From positions 28,864-92,863 of the forward strand of contig DYFY01000002.1 in NCBI GenBank assembly GCA_020724955.1: 64,000 nucleotides of DNA, read 5' to 3'. Below the pieces are notes generated by a model. That model did no database searches. It had not been told where the DNA came from and was given only the letters and a program-made list of their open reading frames with translations. This stretch comes from Candidatus Parvarchaeum sp. GTDB lineage: Archaea; Nanobdellota; Nanobdellia; Pacearchaeales; GW2011-AR1. The translations under genes and the position numbers were made by a program. Below, in pieces: positions 53,679 to 63,151 of this stretch (position 1 is the stretch's first letter; every line of letters begins with the position of its first letter).

Positions 53679-54416
53679 TCATTCATGCGAATAGAAGTTA
53701 AGACCTGGCCAGTAAAAGAGTTTATTCATAAAATAGATAGTGTCTCTAATAGCCTCTTCTAAGTTAAAATAAAGGTTATCATAGAATAATTTTACAATTA
53801 GTTCCATTTTCTTATCATTAAATTTTTCACTTACAAAACTCAATATCTTCTCCTTATTAGAAGGCATTCTGCCCTTGCAATAAATAGCCGAAGCAACTGT
53901 TCTGAAGAAGTAAGATTTAAGCATCCCAATTCTGAGTTCTTCTGATAAATCATCTTTTAAATAAATATAGTTTACAACAAAAAGATGATATGCTACCTTT
54001 GAAAAGTCTATCCAATCGTACCTTCTGGCAGTGATGTGTTGCGTAAAATCTTTTCCAGAAACAACTTCTTTCTTTATTAAAGGAGGAATCTCCCACAAAT
54101 TCCCTTCTGTCATGCTTGAAAATGGAACAATATTAAGTAGGATATTTTTGTTCTTGGCCTCGCCATGCCAATACTCTAAGGCTTTCTGCCTCCCAGCACA
54201 TATAATAAGGTTATAATCAGAATAAATTTCTTCCACGATTTCTCTAATCTTGAGAATCTTATCTATTGACAATTTAGACATATCAACAATAATATTTATC
54301 CTCCAAATATTTTTAGAAAACTCCTCAAAATAATAATCATAACCGGGGCTACAAGCAAGAATGATGTTTCCTCCTATTTTTGCCAATTCTTTTCTAAGCT
54401 TCTGAAATTCTTTCAT
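53679..54416 (-). CDS. Hypothetical protein, possibly a degenerate nucleotidyltransferase-fold paralogue
   Basis: 245 aa; overlaps the upstream NTase gene by 23 nt; no intact G[SG]...D.D motif seen. Confidence 0.4.
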   Translation of the reverse strand: MKEFQKLRKELAKIGGNIILACSPGYDYYFEEFSKNIWRINIIVDMSKLSIDKILKIREIVEEIYSDYNLIICAGRQKALEYWHGEAKNKNILLNIVPFSSMTEGNLWEIPPLIKKEVVSGKDFTQHITARRYDWIDFSKVAYHLFVVNYIYLKDDLSEELRIGMLKSYFFRTVASAIYCKGRMPSNKEKILSFVSEKFNDKKMELIVKLFYDNLYFNLEEAIRDTIYFMNKLFYWPGLNFYSHE

Positions 54417-55200
54417 TTATCTTCTCCCTAACAAAAGAGTTAAATTTCTGAATTTCGGACAAATAAAAAAAGATAGATTTTCTCGGTTTATCTCCATTTC
54501 TAAGTCTCCGAGTCTCTTCAAGCACATATTTATATTTCCTGGCATCGGGGAATAATTTGTTAAACATTTCAATAAATTCATCCTTGCGAGCTTCCTTGAT
54601 ATTGTAAAGGCTAAAAATGATTCTCAGCAGATTAAAAACAGCCTCCTGCCCTGAGTCAAAAAGTATTTTCTCATTAAAGCCAAACTCCAAGATAGAACAA
54701 TAAGTCCACTGAAGTTTATCAAATTCACTGACTACATTTCTCTTAACCTCCATCTCTCCAGAGTACTCAACTAGCTTGCCAACATCCTCACCAACCAATA
54801 TTCTATAATTTTGCGCCAGCCTCCTAGGAAAAGGATTATTGCTTTTCCAGTCCGCGAGAATAACATCTTTTGAACTCACAAAAATCTCAAGTCTAAAAAT
54901 TTGCTCTTTTTCAAAATCAGGCTTTTCTATGGACATACGACCAGAGCCAGCTATGGAATAATAGACAAGATTTTTTTCGTTAGTTTGCTCATTGCAAAAA
55001 GAAATTAATATCTTCTTGAACTTCTTCAGAGCATCAAAATTACTTTCCTTAAAAATAAACAAAATGTCAATATCTTGATGCGACTTCAAACTTGGTGAAT
55101 AAACGCTGCTTCCGTGAATTACGACAGAAAAGATATCGTGTTTAAGAGGCTTGAGCTTATCGGAAAATTCTCCAAGCAAAACCTTAAGCTTTTTGTGCAT
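54394..55200 (-). CDS. Pol-beta-superfamily nucleotidyltransferase with a helical C-terminal domain
   Basis: VVIHGSSVYSPSLKSHQDIDILFIF. Confidence 0.65.
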   Translation of the reverse strand: MHKKLKVLLGEFSDKLKPLKHDIFSVVIHGSSVYSPSLKSHQDIDILFIFKESNFDALKKFKKILISFCNEQTNEKNLVYYSIAGSGRMSIEKPDFEKEQIFRLEIFVSSKDVILADWKSNNPFPRRLAQNYRILVGEDVGKLVEYSGEMEVKRNVVSEFDKLQWTYCSILEFGFNEKILFDSGQEAVFNLLRIIFSLYNIKEARKDEFIEMFNKLFPDARKYKYVLEETRRLRNGDKPRKSIFFYLSEIQKFNSFVREKINERISEA

Positions 55201-55217
55201 GCCTTTTCAAAGTATTG

Positions 55218-56081
55218 TTATTTAATAAATCTAACTCCAATTTTTCCATTATCTTCAATTTTTATAATTGCTGCCTCTCCATCATGTGCACCTCCAGTAT
55301 TAATACACAAGGTTTTTCCGAGTTTGCTTTTCCCCTGTCTTTCATGTATATGTCCTCCAATATGCAAAGCTGGCTGATATTTTTCAATAATCCTCCTGAC
55401 AAGTTTAGAGCCATAGTGTTTTCCTCTTGCCTTTTTATGAGATTTTTTATCAGTTATTAAATCCAGTTTAGTATTATAGGGAACATTATGCGAAATAAAA
55501 ATAACCTTGCCTTTTCTATTTTGCTTACTGAATTCCCTGAAGAGTTTATCCAATTTGCTCTTCAGCTTTTTATAGTTCTTACTTTTTACTCTTCCGGGAA
55601 AACTGCTAGGTCCTCCTCCAATTAACACATAATCACCGAGCCTTTTATAAGAATAATTAATATCATGAATATTAGAATATTTTTTAACCAATGGTGTGAA
55701 AAAATCTTGATACGGCCACTTCCATCTTTTCTTTCCTTCTTTGACAAAAAACTGCTCATCTATCGCCTCAGGCCATTTACTCCAGTCATTGTTTCCAAAG
55801 ACAGTAAAAACTGGAACTTCAAGCCTTTGCATTTTTCTCAAAACAGATTCAGCAGCTCGCATGTCTTTCAAATGAAGTTCCTTGAACTTTTTTCTTCCTA
55901 TAAAGTCCCAAAGCTCTTTATCCTGGTTCTTTTTATAAATTTTCTCAAAAAAAAGCTTCTTCATGGAAAATGGTTTAAAATCACCAACACTAACAACCAA
56001 ACCAATCTTCTCTTTCTTAATCAGTCTTTCCCATTTCTTTTGAAACTTCCCGTGAAAATCTCCCATCGCTAAAATTCTCAT
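55218..56081 (-). CDS. Calcineurin-like metallophosphoesterase
   Basis: MGDFHG, GDF, GNNDW, SHNVP, GGHIHE; ATG at 56081. Confidence 0.85.
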   Translation of the reverse strand: MRILAMGDFHGKFQKKWERLIKKEKIGLVVSVGDFKPFSMKKLFFEKIYKKNQDKELWDFIGRKKFKELHLKDMRAAESVLRKMQRLEVPVFTVFGNNDWSKWPEAIDEQFFVKEGKKRWKWPYQDFFTPLVKKYSNIHDINYSYKRLGDYVLIGGGPSSFPGRVKSKNYKKLKSKLDKLFREFSKQNRKGKVIFISHNVPYNTKLDLITDKKSHKKARGKHYGSKLVRRIIEKYQPALHIGGHIHERQGKSKLGKTLCINTGGAHDGEAAIIKIEDNGKIGVRFIK

Positions 56082-56111
56082 AAGCAATTCTAGAAAAAAT
56101 AATTAATAAAG

Positions 56112-57260
56112 CTACTCTTTAACTAAAACATACAAATACAAAATAATAGATAATAGAGCAAGCCCTGCTTTCATATAAAATGGCCCAAGTATTCCAAATG
56201 TAACAGCAACCCATCCACCAGCCAAAGGCCCTAACGACTTAACAAACCCCATAGTTCCCCCATAAAAACCAGAAACTTTCTCTCTTAAGGCAGGCTTAGT
56301 CATTTTCCAATACTGAGCATTATGTGAAGGCAACCAAATCCCTGCGCCAATTCCCTCTAGAATCATAGAAACCAAAACAAGATAAATACTATCAGAAACT
56401 ATAATAATTACCGCGCTTAGCAATAGCAAGAACATTCCAAATATGGCTGTTTTAATCCAGTTTATTTTATCAAGAAGTTTTCTGGTTATGTAAGTTGTAA
56501 GGCTTATAGAAACATACAATATAACAAAAAGAAAAGCAATCCACTCTATTCCTTGTCCAAATAAATCGGTAACTAAAAAAGTGATAATCAAGGCAAAACT
56601 AGCACTAAGGGCAAACTCGTAAATGATTCTCGATAACAAAAAAACCTTAAGTCTTCTCTCTATTTTAGGAAACTTATATCCTTTCCTTACTTTGAAACGA
56701 GTATCATCTTTAACATTAAAGTAAAAAATTATTGCGGGAATGCTGAACAAAGCAAATATAATAAAAGATAATCTAAAATCTGCAACTTTAATAAGCACAA
56801 CTGCAAGTATAAGTCCTATCGCAAAAGCTAATGTTTCAACAAGCAAATGAATAGAGCCTATAGTTCTTTTATTTTGAGTGTTTGTATTGTGTTGTAAAGC
56901 GACATCTGAAGAAACGCCATGGAAAACTTTCTGTAGTATATGAAAAGTGTTCGCGCCTAACGCTCCTAGCCTCGTAGGAAAGACAAACACAAAGGCAGAA
57001 GCAAGAAAATCAAAAAACCCTCCTAACAACAATCCAGTTCTAATCTTTATTTTTCTTTGAAGATAGCCAAAGCCCGCGCTTAAAACAAGAGTTCCAAAAG
57101 CAAGACCGAGAGTTATTAAAAATCCTATTTCAAGAATACTCAATCCCTGCTCCTTGAGAAAAAAAGGAATAAAAAAGGAAACCATTATCCCTGACAAAAC
57201 GCTAAAGAAAACTCCTAAAAACAAAAATGTAAGATTTCTCTTCTTCAAATCTTTAGACAT
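56112..57260 (-). CDS. MFS-type transporter
   Basis: 382 aa, about 12 hydrophobic helices. Confidence 0.7.
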   Translation of the reverse strand: MSKDLKKRNLTFLFLGVFFSVLSGIMVSFFIPFFLKEQGLSILEIGFLITLGLAFGTLVLSAGFGYLQRKIKIRTGLLLGGFFDFLASAFVFVFPTRLGALGANTFHILQKVFHGVSSDVALQHNTNTQNKRTIGSIHLLVETLAFAIGLILAVVLIKVADFRLSFIIFALFSIPAIIFYFNVKDDTRFKVRKGYKFPKIERRLKVFLLSRIIYEFALSASFALIITFLVTDLFGQGIEWIAFLFVILYVSISLTTYITRKLLDKINWIKTAIFGMFLLLLSAVIIIVSDSIYLVLVSMILEGIGAGIWLPSHNAQYWKMTKPALREKVSGFYGGTMGFVKSLGPLAGGWVAVTFGILGPFYMKAGLALLSIILYLYVLVKE

Positions 57261-57290
57261 TTATTCAAAAAGAGAAATCAATTAATAAAC

Positions 57291-58589
57291 CTAAGGCTTC
57301 CAGCGGGTCATCGTTCTTGGAAATGCAATCGCGTCCTTTATCGTATCAAGTCCGCAAATCCACGCAATAAGCCTTTCAACTCCCATTCCATACCCTCCGT
57401 GGGGAACGCTTCCATATCTTCTGGTATCAAAATAAAACTCATACTTCTTTGGGTCCTCTCCCTGTGCCTTCAGGTTCTCTTTCAGCTTCTCAATATCCTC
57501 TTCCCTTTGAGATGCCCCGACAATTTCTCCATATCCTTCAGGAGCAATCATATCAAATCCCAATACAACTTTTGCATCTTCAGGAGATTCTTTCATGTAA
57601 AATGCTTTAACAGCTTTGGGATATTTTGTGACAATCACAGGCGTGTCATATAACTCGCTTAACTTGTCCTCTTCAATTGTCCTCAAATCTTTTCCCCAAG
57701 GAATATGAATCTTCTTCTTTTCCTTCAAAATTTTCAAAACTTCATCATAGCTGATTCTGGGAAATTTCTTCCTTACGCAAATTTCCAATTTCTTGACATC
57801 TCTCTCTAAAATTTCAAGCTCTTTGATGTTTTTCTTCAAAACCACAGAAATAACATGTTTGACAATCTGCTCTGCATCGTCCTGAAGATAATCAAAATCC
57901 TCCCATGCGACTTCCATTTCAGCATGCCAGTATTCTGTTAAATGCCTGCTGGTTTTGCTCTTCTCTGCTCTAAAGCTGGGCTGTATCGTAAATATTTTTT
58001 CAAGCCCGAAAATTCCCGGCTCTGCATGCAACTGCCAGGTCTGCGCCAAAAACAAAGGTTTGCCAAAATAATTTACTTTGAAAACTGTCGCCCCGCCTTC
58101 CGCCTGCATCCCTATCAATGTAGGGCTATGATATTCGTAAAATCCTTTTCTTCTCCAGTGCTCTCTAATAGCTTCTAAAACACTATCTCTAATTTTTAAG
58201 ATAGATGTCATCTTTCTGCTTCTAATCCATAAATGCCTTCTATCCCCAAGCAACTCTTCATTCAGGCTCTTATTTATGGGAAATTTCTCGCTTCTCCCGA
58301 CAATTTCAATTTCCCTTGCTTTTATCTCAAATCCGGTCGGCGCTCTCTTATCGGCATAGATCTCTCCTGTAACTTGCAGGCTTGCCTCAACCTGCAGCTT
58401 GTCTATCTCATCCCACTGCTTTTCAAATTTCTCCCTGGAAAAAACAATCTGAATTATGTCGCTTGCGTCTCTTAAAACAACAAACTTCATTTTGTTGCTC
58501 CCCCTCTCTCTGTAAACCCATCCCCGCACAGCTACCTCGCCCCTGCCCTGCCCGATAGCTTCTGCAATTGAAATGAATTTTGCTTTCAT
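57291..58589 (-). CDS. asnS: Asparaginyl-tRNA synthetase
   Basis: Class IIb motifs FRAEKS.TSRHL.E, GASQRE, YEFYFDTRRYGSVPHGGYGMGVERL (AsnRS-type motif 3 region). Confidence 0.8.
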   Translation of the reverse strand: MKAKFISIAEAIGQGRGEVAVRGWVYRERGSNKMKFVVLRDASDIIQIVFSREKFEKQWDEIDKLQVEASLQVTGEIYADKRAPTGFEIKAREIEIVGRSEKFPINKSLNEELLGDRRHLWIRSRKMTSILKIRDSVLEAIREHWRRKGFYEYHSPTLIGMQAEGGATVFKVNYFGKPLFLAQTWQLHAEPGIFGLEKIFTIQPSFRAEKSKTSRHLTEYWHAEMEVAWEDFDYLQDDAEQIVKHVISVVLKKNIKELEILERDVKKLEICVRKKFPRISYDEVLKILKEKKKIHIPWGKDLRTIEEDKLSELYDTPVIVTKYPKAVKAFYMKESPEDAKVVLGFDMIAPEGYGEIVGASQREEDIEKLKENLKAQGEDPKKYEFYFDTRRYGSVPHGGYGMGVERLIAWICGLDTIKDAIAFPRTMTRWKP

Positions 58590-58590
58590 G

Positions 58591-58926
58591 TTATATTAGT
58601 CTACTAAACTCTTTTTTAACCTTTTCAAACGTTGACTTATTTATTCTACCAACACTTTTCCTAATAATTCTCTTCTCCAAAGTAAAAAGCTTGTTTACTT
58701 TTATCCTGCTTTTCTTCGGAATAGACCCTTCTTCTAAATCTTTATTGTCTATTAAAATCGAGTACTTTGCATTCTTCAAGTTGGAAGTTATACCGCAGGT
58801 AACAAGATCATCAGAAATTTTGTTATCTTGGCTTTTAGACAAAACAAGAACAGGTCTTTGTCTAAAATCGCTCAAATCTGTAAAAGGAAATGGAACAAGC
58901 ACTATTTCTCCTTGATTATACATCAT
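58591..58926 (-). CDS. mazF: MazF/PemK-type toxin
   Basis: GEIVLVPFPFTDLS..RQRPVLVLS; probable ATG at 58926. Confidence 0.8.
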   Translation of the reverse strand: MMYNQGEIVLVPFPFTDLSDFRQRPVLVLSKSQDNKISDDLVTCGITSNLKNAKYSILIDNKDLEEGSIPKKSRIKVNKLFTLEKRIIRKSVGRINKSTFEKVKKEFSRLI

Positions 58927-59149
58927 TCCATGCCTCATCCTCTTTATTATCCCACAATTTTCTCGCAACCTTCTCAGAATGTTTCAATAAATCCGAAAAA
59001 TCTTCTTTTTTTACCTTTTTTATCAAGATATAATCACCAGATTTAGTCAAAAGAAGCTCGTCTCCTTGCATTATGTTCAAACTTCTCCTAACACTTGCTG
59101 GCAAAGAAACTTGTCCTTTATCTGTCACCTTGATAATCCTGACTTCCAT
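58916..59149 (-). CDS. AbrB/SpoVT-type antitoxin (MazE-like)
   Basis: KVTDKGQVSLPASVRRSLNIMQGDELLL. Confidence 0.7.
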   Translation of the reverse strand: MEVRIIKVTDKGQVSLPASVRRSLNIMQGDELLLTKSGDYILIKKVKKEDFSDLLKHSEKVARKLWDNKEDEAWNDV

Positions 59150-59189
59150 AGTTTAGTAAGAATTTCCTTACTTTTAAATATTTCTATAA

Positions 59190-60494
59190 CTAAGGCGTTA
59201 GCCTCTGCGGATCCCTCGGAAACAAGACAGCTTCCCTGACATTGTCTATCCCTAAAAGCATCATAGTTATTCTCTCAATCCCAATAGCAAACCCTCCGTG
59301 AGTCGGAACTCCGTATTTAAAAAATTTAGTAAACCATTCAACTGACTTAAGAGGCATATCCTTTTCTTTGACATTTTTAATCAGTTTTCCATATCTGTTC
59401 TCCCTTTGCCCTCCGGAAGACATTTCCATTCCCTTGTAATATAAATCAGTGCTTCTTGCATATTTGCTGTTTTCATCACAATAAACATAAAATGGTTTTT
59501 TGGCAAATGGAAATCTATTGACAAAATAAAATTCAGCTCCTGGATATTTTTTCTGCACATACTCCCATAATATCTTTTCAGCTTCAGAATCCAGGTCCTC
59601 TCCTTCTTTCAATTTTTTTCCAAATTTGCTTAAAATATCATAAACCTCTGGAAATTCTATAACCGGAAAAGGAGATTTTGGAATTTTAAGCTTTGCCCCA
59701 AAAATTTCAAGTTCTTTTTTGCACTCCTTATTTACCCTCTCAAAAGCAGAAATTATAACCTGCTCCTCAAGCCTCATGATGTCTTTCTCAGAATTAATAA
59801 ATGCCATTTCAACAGCGCAAGTCCTATGCTCGGTCAAATGCCTGATGGTATTGCTCTTCTCCGCTCGCCAGCTAGGGCCTATATCATATATCCTTTCAAA
59901 ACCTCCAACAACAGTTAATTGCCTATGCAGCTGGGGGTCTTGTCTCAAATAAGCCTTTCCTTCAAAATATTTGACCTCAAAGACCTCGCTTCCTGATTCA
60001 GAAGCCACACCCATTAAACAAGGAGTGAAAACCTGAATAAAACCATTTTTGTTAAGATACTCCTGCATGCCTACAATAATTTGTGACTGCACTCTAAATG
60101 TAGCTTGCGCTTTCGCCTGTCTTAAACTCAACGCTCTCCAATCAAGCTTGGTTGGAAGCTCAGCCTTCACCGTTTTTTCATTAACCTGTATTGGCAGACT
60201 TTCCGCTTCGCTCAGAATATTTATTCTGGAAACCTCCACTTCAGCATCTTTTCTGGCAAATTCAGCATTCACGCTGGCCTTCTTAACTTTTCCAGTAATT
60301 TCAACAACACTCTCCAAACTCAAATCCTCTATTTTTTTCAGCAATTCCTGAGATTTTACAATACATTGAATCATTCCAGTCATATCTCTTAAAACAACAA
60401 ACTTCAGCTTCCTCAAGTCCCGAATCTCAAAAACCCAGCCGCATAATAAAACTTCCTGTCCAACTTTTATTTCTCTGATGTACTTCCTTTCCAT
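59190..60494 (-). CDS. aspS: Aspartyl-tRNA synthetase (archaeal type)
   Basis: WRAEKSNTIRHL.E, SSGGQRE, FKYGVPTHGGFAIGIERI, FPRDPQRLTP. Confidence 0.85.
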   Translation of the reverse strand: MERKYIREIKVGQEVLLCGWVFEIRDLRKLKFVVLRDMTGMIQCIVKSQELLKKIEDLSLESVVEITGKVKKASVNAEFARKDAEVEVSRINILSEAESLPIQVNEKTVKAELPTKLDWRALSLRQAKAQATFRVQSQIIVGMQEYLNKNGFIQVFTPCLMGVASESGSEVFEVKYFEGKAYLRQDPQLHRQLTVVGGFERIYDIGPSWRAEKSNTIRHLTEHRTCAVEMAFINSEKDIMRLEEQVIISAFERVNKECKKELEIFGAKLKIPKSPFPVIEFPEVYDILSKFGKKLKEGEDLDSEAEKILWEYVQKKYPGAEFYFVNRFPFAKKPFYVYCDENSKYARSTDLYYKGMEMSSGGQRENRYGKLIKNVKEKDMPLKSVEWFTKFFKYGVPTHGGFAIGIERITMMLLGIDNVREAVLFPRDPQRLTP

Positions 60495-60537
60495 CTTCCA
60501 ACAAACAAACTCTTATTTTTAATCCTTTCCAAACAAA

Positions 60538-60936
60538 CTAATTCCAAACTTCAACTTTAACACCAGTATTCTCAAAATGTCTTTTATCTTTTGTTATCAA
60601 AATCAAGTCGCATGCTTTTGCAATAGCTGCAATCATTATATCAAATTCAGGAATCATCTTGCCTTTCTTCTTCAGATTCTTAAATATCATTCCGAAAGCT
60701 TCACAACTCGCCTCATCAAAGCCAATTATCTCAAAGTAACTAATAAAATCTTTAACTTCCAAGGATTTTTCTTTACTATCTGAATGCAAATAGGCTCCCT
60801 TAAACAATTCACAAACAGTTATACAGCTTAGATAAATGTCATTGCTTTCTCTTATTTTATCTACTTTTCTAGTGATAGAAACATCGCCTCTAAAAATATC
60901 GACAACAATACTTGTGTCTAAACAATAGCCAGCCAT
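60538..60936 (-). CDS. vapC: PIN-domain toxin VapC
   Basis: CLDTSIVVD..., ...CELF.G, DIMIAAIA...LITKDKRHF; ATG at 60936. Confidence 0.8.
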   Translation of the reverse strand: MAGYCLDTSIVVDIFRGDVSITRKVDKIRESNDIYLSCITVCELFKGAYLHSDSKEKSLEVKDFISYFEIIGFDEASCEAFGMIFKNLKKKGKMIPEFDIMIAAIAKACDLILITKDKRHFENTGVKVEVWN

Positions 60937-60937
60937 A

Positions 60938-61162
60938 TCACCAGCTAACACCCCTTAGTTTAGCCTTTTTCCTACTTTCTTTCAACTCCCTCACAATTTC
61001 ATCCCACTCCTCTCTTTTCCAAATGCCGCAGAATTTCATGATGTCTCCTCTTTTTCTTTTTCCATCAAGGCTATCTCTTATAGTTTCAGAAAAAGACCTA
61101 TCTCCCTTCAGAGCTTTCAGCTTCTTATACACTTCGTCCGACAATGAAATTACCTTAACCAT
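60938..61162 (-). CDS. VapB-type antitoxin (archaeal SDEVYKKLKALKGDRSFSE family)
   Basis: ISLSDEVYKKLKALKGDRSFSETI pattern; its stop lies 1 nt before the vapC ATG. Confidence 0.65.
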   Translation of the reverse strand: MVKVISLSDEVYKKLKALKGDRSFSETIRDSLDGKRKRGDIMKFCGIWKREEWDEIVRELKESRKKAKLRGVSW

Positions 61163-61283
61163 ATATGTGTATGCGCATACACCTATAAAAATCTTTCCTT
61201 TCCAAACAAAATTAATTAAATATATAATATAAAATATATATTGAAGTAGATAAGTTTAAATATCACATCTTTTACAAGACACC

Positions 61284-61688
61284 ATGAAGGCAATAGCGCA
61301 AGAACACTTAATGGGTTGCGGAATAGCTTGTTGCGCTAGTCTATTAAATATAAAATATTCCAAAGCTTTAAGCTTGTTCAACAAATCCAATGTTAGTTCA
61401 AAAGGATTTTTCTGCAAAGATTTAGTATCAGCTCTATCAGAAAAAGGTTTAACTTGCACATACTCAAAGCTCAACAATAAAAACAAAAACATTTTAGCAG
61501 TTCCTGGCACAATAGTCTTCATTAAAAAATCGAAAAAATATCCTGCAGGACACTATCTGTTAAAAACAAGAAAGGGTTGGATGGATCCCTGGATTAACTA
61601 TCCTAAAATAAGCAAACTAAAAGCAGGTTTTAGAAACAAACTTCCAGATAGAGCAGAATGGATCATTTATCTCCAACAACTCTCTTGA
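61284..61688 (+). CDS. Peptidase C39-like / papain-fold cysteine peptidase domain protein
   Basis: Q....CGIAC (Gln and Cys) and a later GHYLL (His). Confidence 0.5.
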   Translation: MKAIAQEHLMGCGIACCASLLNIKYSKALSLFNKSNVSSKGFFCKDLVSALSEKGLTCTYSKLNNKNKNILAVPGTIVFIKKSKKYPAGHYLLKTRKGWMDPWINYPKISKLKAGFRNKLPDRAEWIIYLQQLS

Positions 61689-63117
61689 TAATCTCCATAG
61701 CCCTCTTGGCGTCAGCTTTTCCGCCGAACTTTTTCATGACAAGCCCCATGTAAGCATTCTCTCTTAACCCTGGCTTTTCCTTCACAATTTTTCTGATTTC
61801 TTCTTCAATCTCATCATCTCCGGCCTTCTCAACTTTCAAGGCGTTTTCAAGCTTCTCCCCTCCAGTAATCCTGGCTAAAACTTCCTTGACATGTCCTTTG
61901 TTCAGCTCTCCGGATTTAACTTTTAAAAGAATTTTCTCATAAACCCTTTCACTTAATATTTCAAAAATCTCTTCAAAACTTTTTTTCGTCTTTCTTGCAA
62001 GCTCCGCTCTCCATAAAGAAACCATCTTCCCGACAAGATTAGCATCTTTATTGTAAACTCTGATAAGCGCAAGAAACTCATCCAAAGCGCTGGAATTAGA
62101 AAGCACCAGCTCAATCAACTCGTCATTTAAGCCAGTTTTCTTCAGCTCCGAACGAATATCGCTTTTGAGTTTAGGCAGATTCTTCTTTAGCCTGTCAATT
62201 CTTTTTTTCTCAATTTTCAGAAGAGGCAGGTCAGTTTCAGGATACATTCTCGCTCTTCCCGGAAGAGGTCTTAAAAACTCAGTCTCTCCGGAAGGAAGTG
62301 CGTTTCTCACTTCGCCTTTCTTTTTTCCATTTTTTATTTCCTTCAATTGCCTTTCAATTTCCATATCAATTGTCTTTACAAACATTCTAGGATCTTGAAA
62401 TCCTTTTATCTCAACTCTGTCGTGTCCTTTAATGCTGATATTGACATCCTGCCTGATAGTTCCGATGCCTCTTTTAACTCTGCACGCTCTTAATATTTCT
62501 CCAATCTTCAAAGCAGCTTCTTTAACTTCCTCAGGACTTTCCATTTCAGGAGCAGTGGCAATTTCAACCAACGGAATTCCAAGTCTGTCAAGTCTGTAAA
62601 CTGCCTTATCCTTCTCCCTCTTGATTATTCTTGCAGAATCTTCCTCTAAAGCAACGCTGTCTATCTTAACTTTGCCAAAGCTTGTTTTCACAAATCCAGA
62701 GTGTGCAATCAGCGCGGTTCTTTGAAACCCTGACGTATTGCTTCCGTCAATAACTGTTTTTCTCATAACCTGTGAAACAGGATAAAATTCACAATTAAGC
62801 AACAAAGCAATCTGCAAAGCAACATCCAAAGCCTCATCGTTAATCTGTCTTGGAGGCGATTCATCAAGTTCAACTAAACTAATCGTGTCATCATATCCTT
62901 CGTAATAAAACTCTTTCCCCAAAGCCGCTTCATGTTCGACAGCCACATCAACCTCCCCGCCCTCACCCGCAACAGCATGCAACTTTCGCCTAACAACATA
63001 ATCAGGCTCGTCATTTCTTAAATAACTAGGCGCTCCTGAAAACAGCTTTGGAGTATCCAGCTGCTGATGTATTTCAAGCCCGCATTTCAATCCAATCTGT
63101 TTATAATCCCTTCTCAT
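61663..63117 (-). CDS. gatE: GatE-like Glu-tRNA(Gln) amidotransferase subunit (short form, 484 aa)
   Basis: GLKCGLEIHQQLDT.KLF, VIDGSNTSGFQRTALIA, C-terminal YqeY/GatB-like helical tail. Confidence 0.75.
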   Translation of the reverse strand: MRRDYKQIGLKCGLEIHQQLDTPKLFSGAPSYLRNDEPDYVVRRKLHAVAGEGGEVDVAVEHEAALGKEFYYEGYDDTISLVELDESPPRQINDEALDVALQIALLLNCEFYPVSQVMRKTVIDGSNTSGFQRTALIAHSGFVKTSFGKVKIDSVALEEDSARIIKREKDKAVYRLDRLGIPLVEIATAPEMESPEEVKEAALKIGEILRACRVKRGIGTIRQDVNISIKGHDRVEIKGFQDPRMFVKTIDMEIERQLKEIKNGKKKGEVRNALPSGETEFLRPLPGRARMYPETDLPLLKIEKKRIDRLKKNLPKLKSDIRSELKKTGLNDELIELVLSNSSALDEFLALIRVYNKDANLVGKMVSLWRAELARKTKKSFEEIFEILSERVYEKILLKVKSGELNKGHVKEVLARITGGEKLENALKVEKAGDDEIEEEIRKIVKEKPGLRENAYMGLVMKKFGGKADAKRAMEIIKRVVGDK

Positions 63118-63151
63118 GAAATCACAACACGAAGATAGTTATTAAAAGTTA

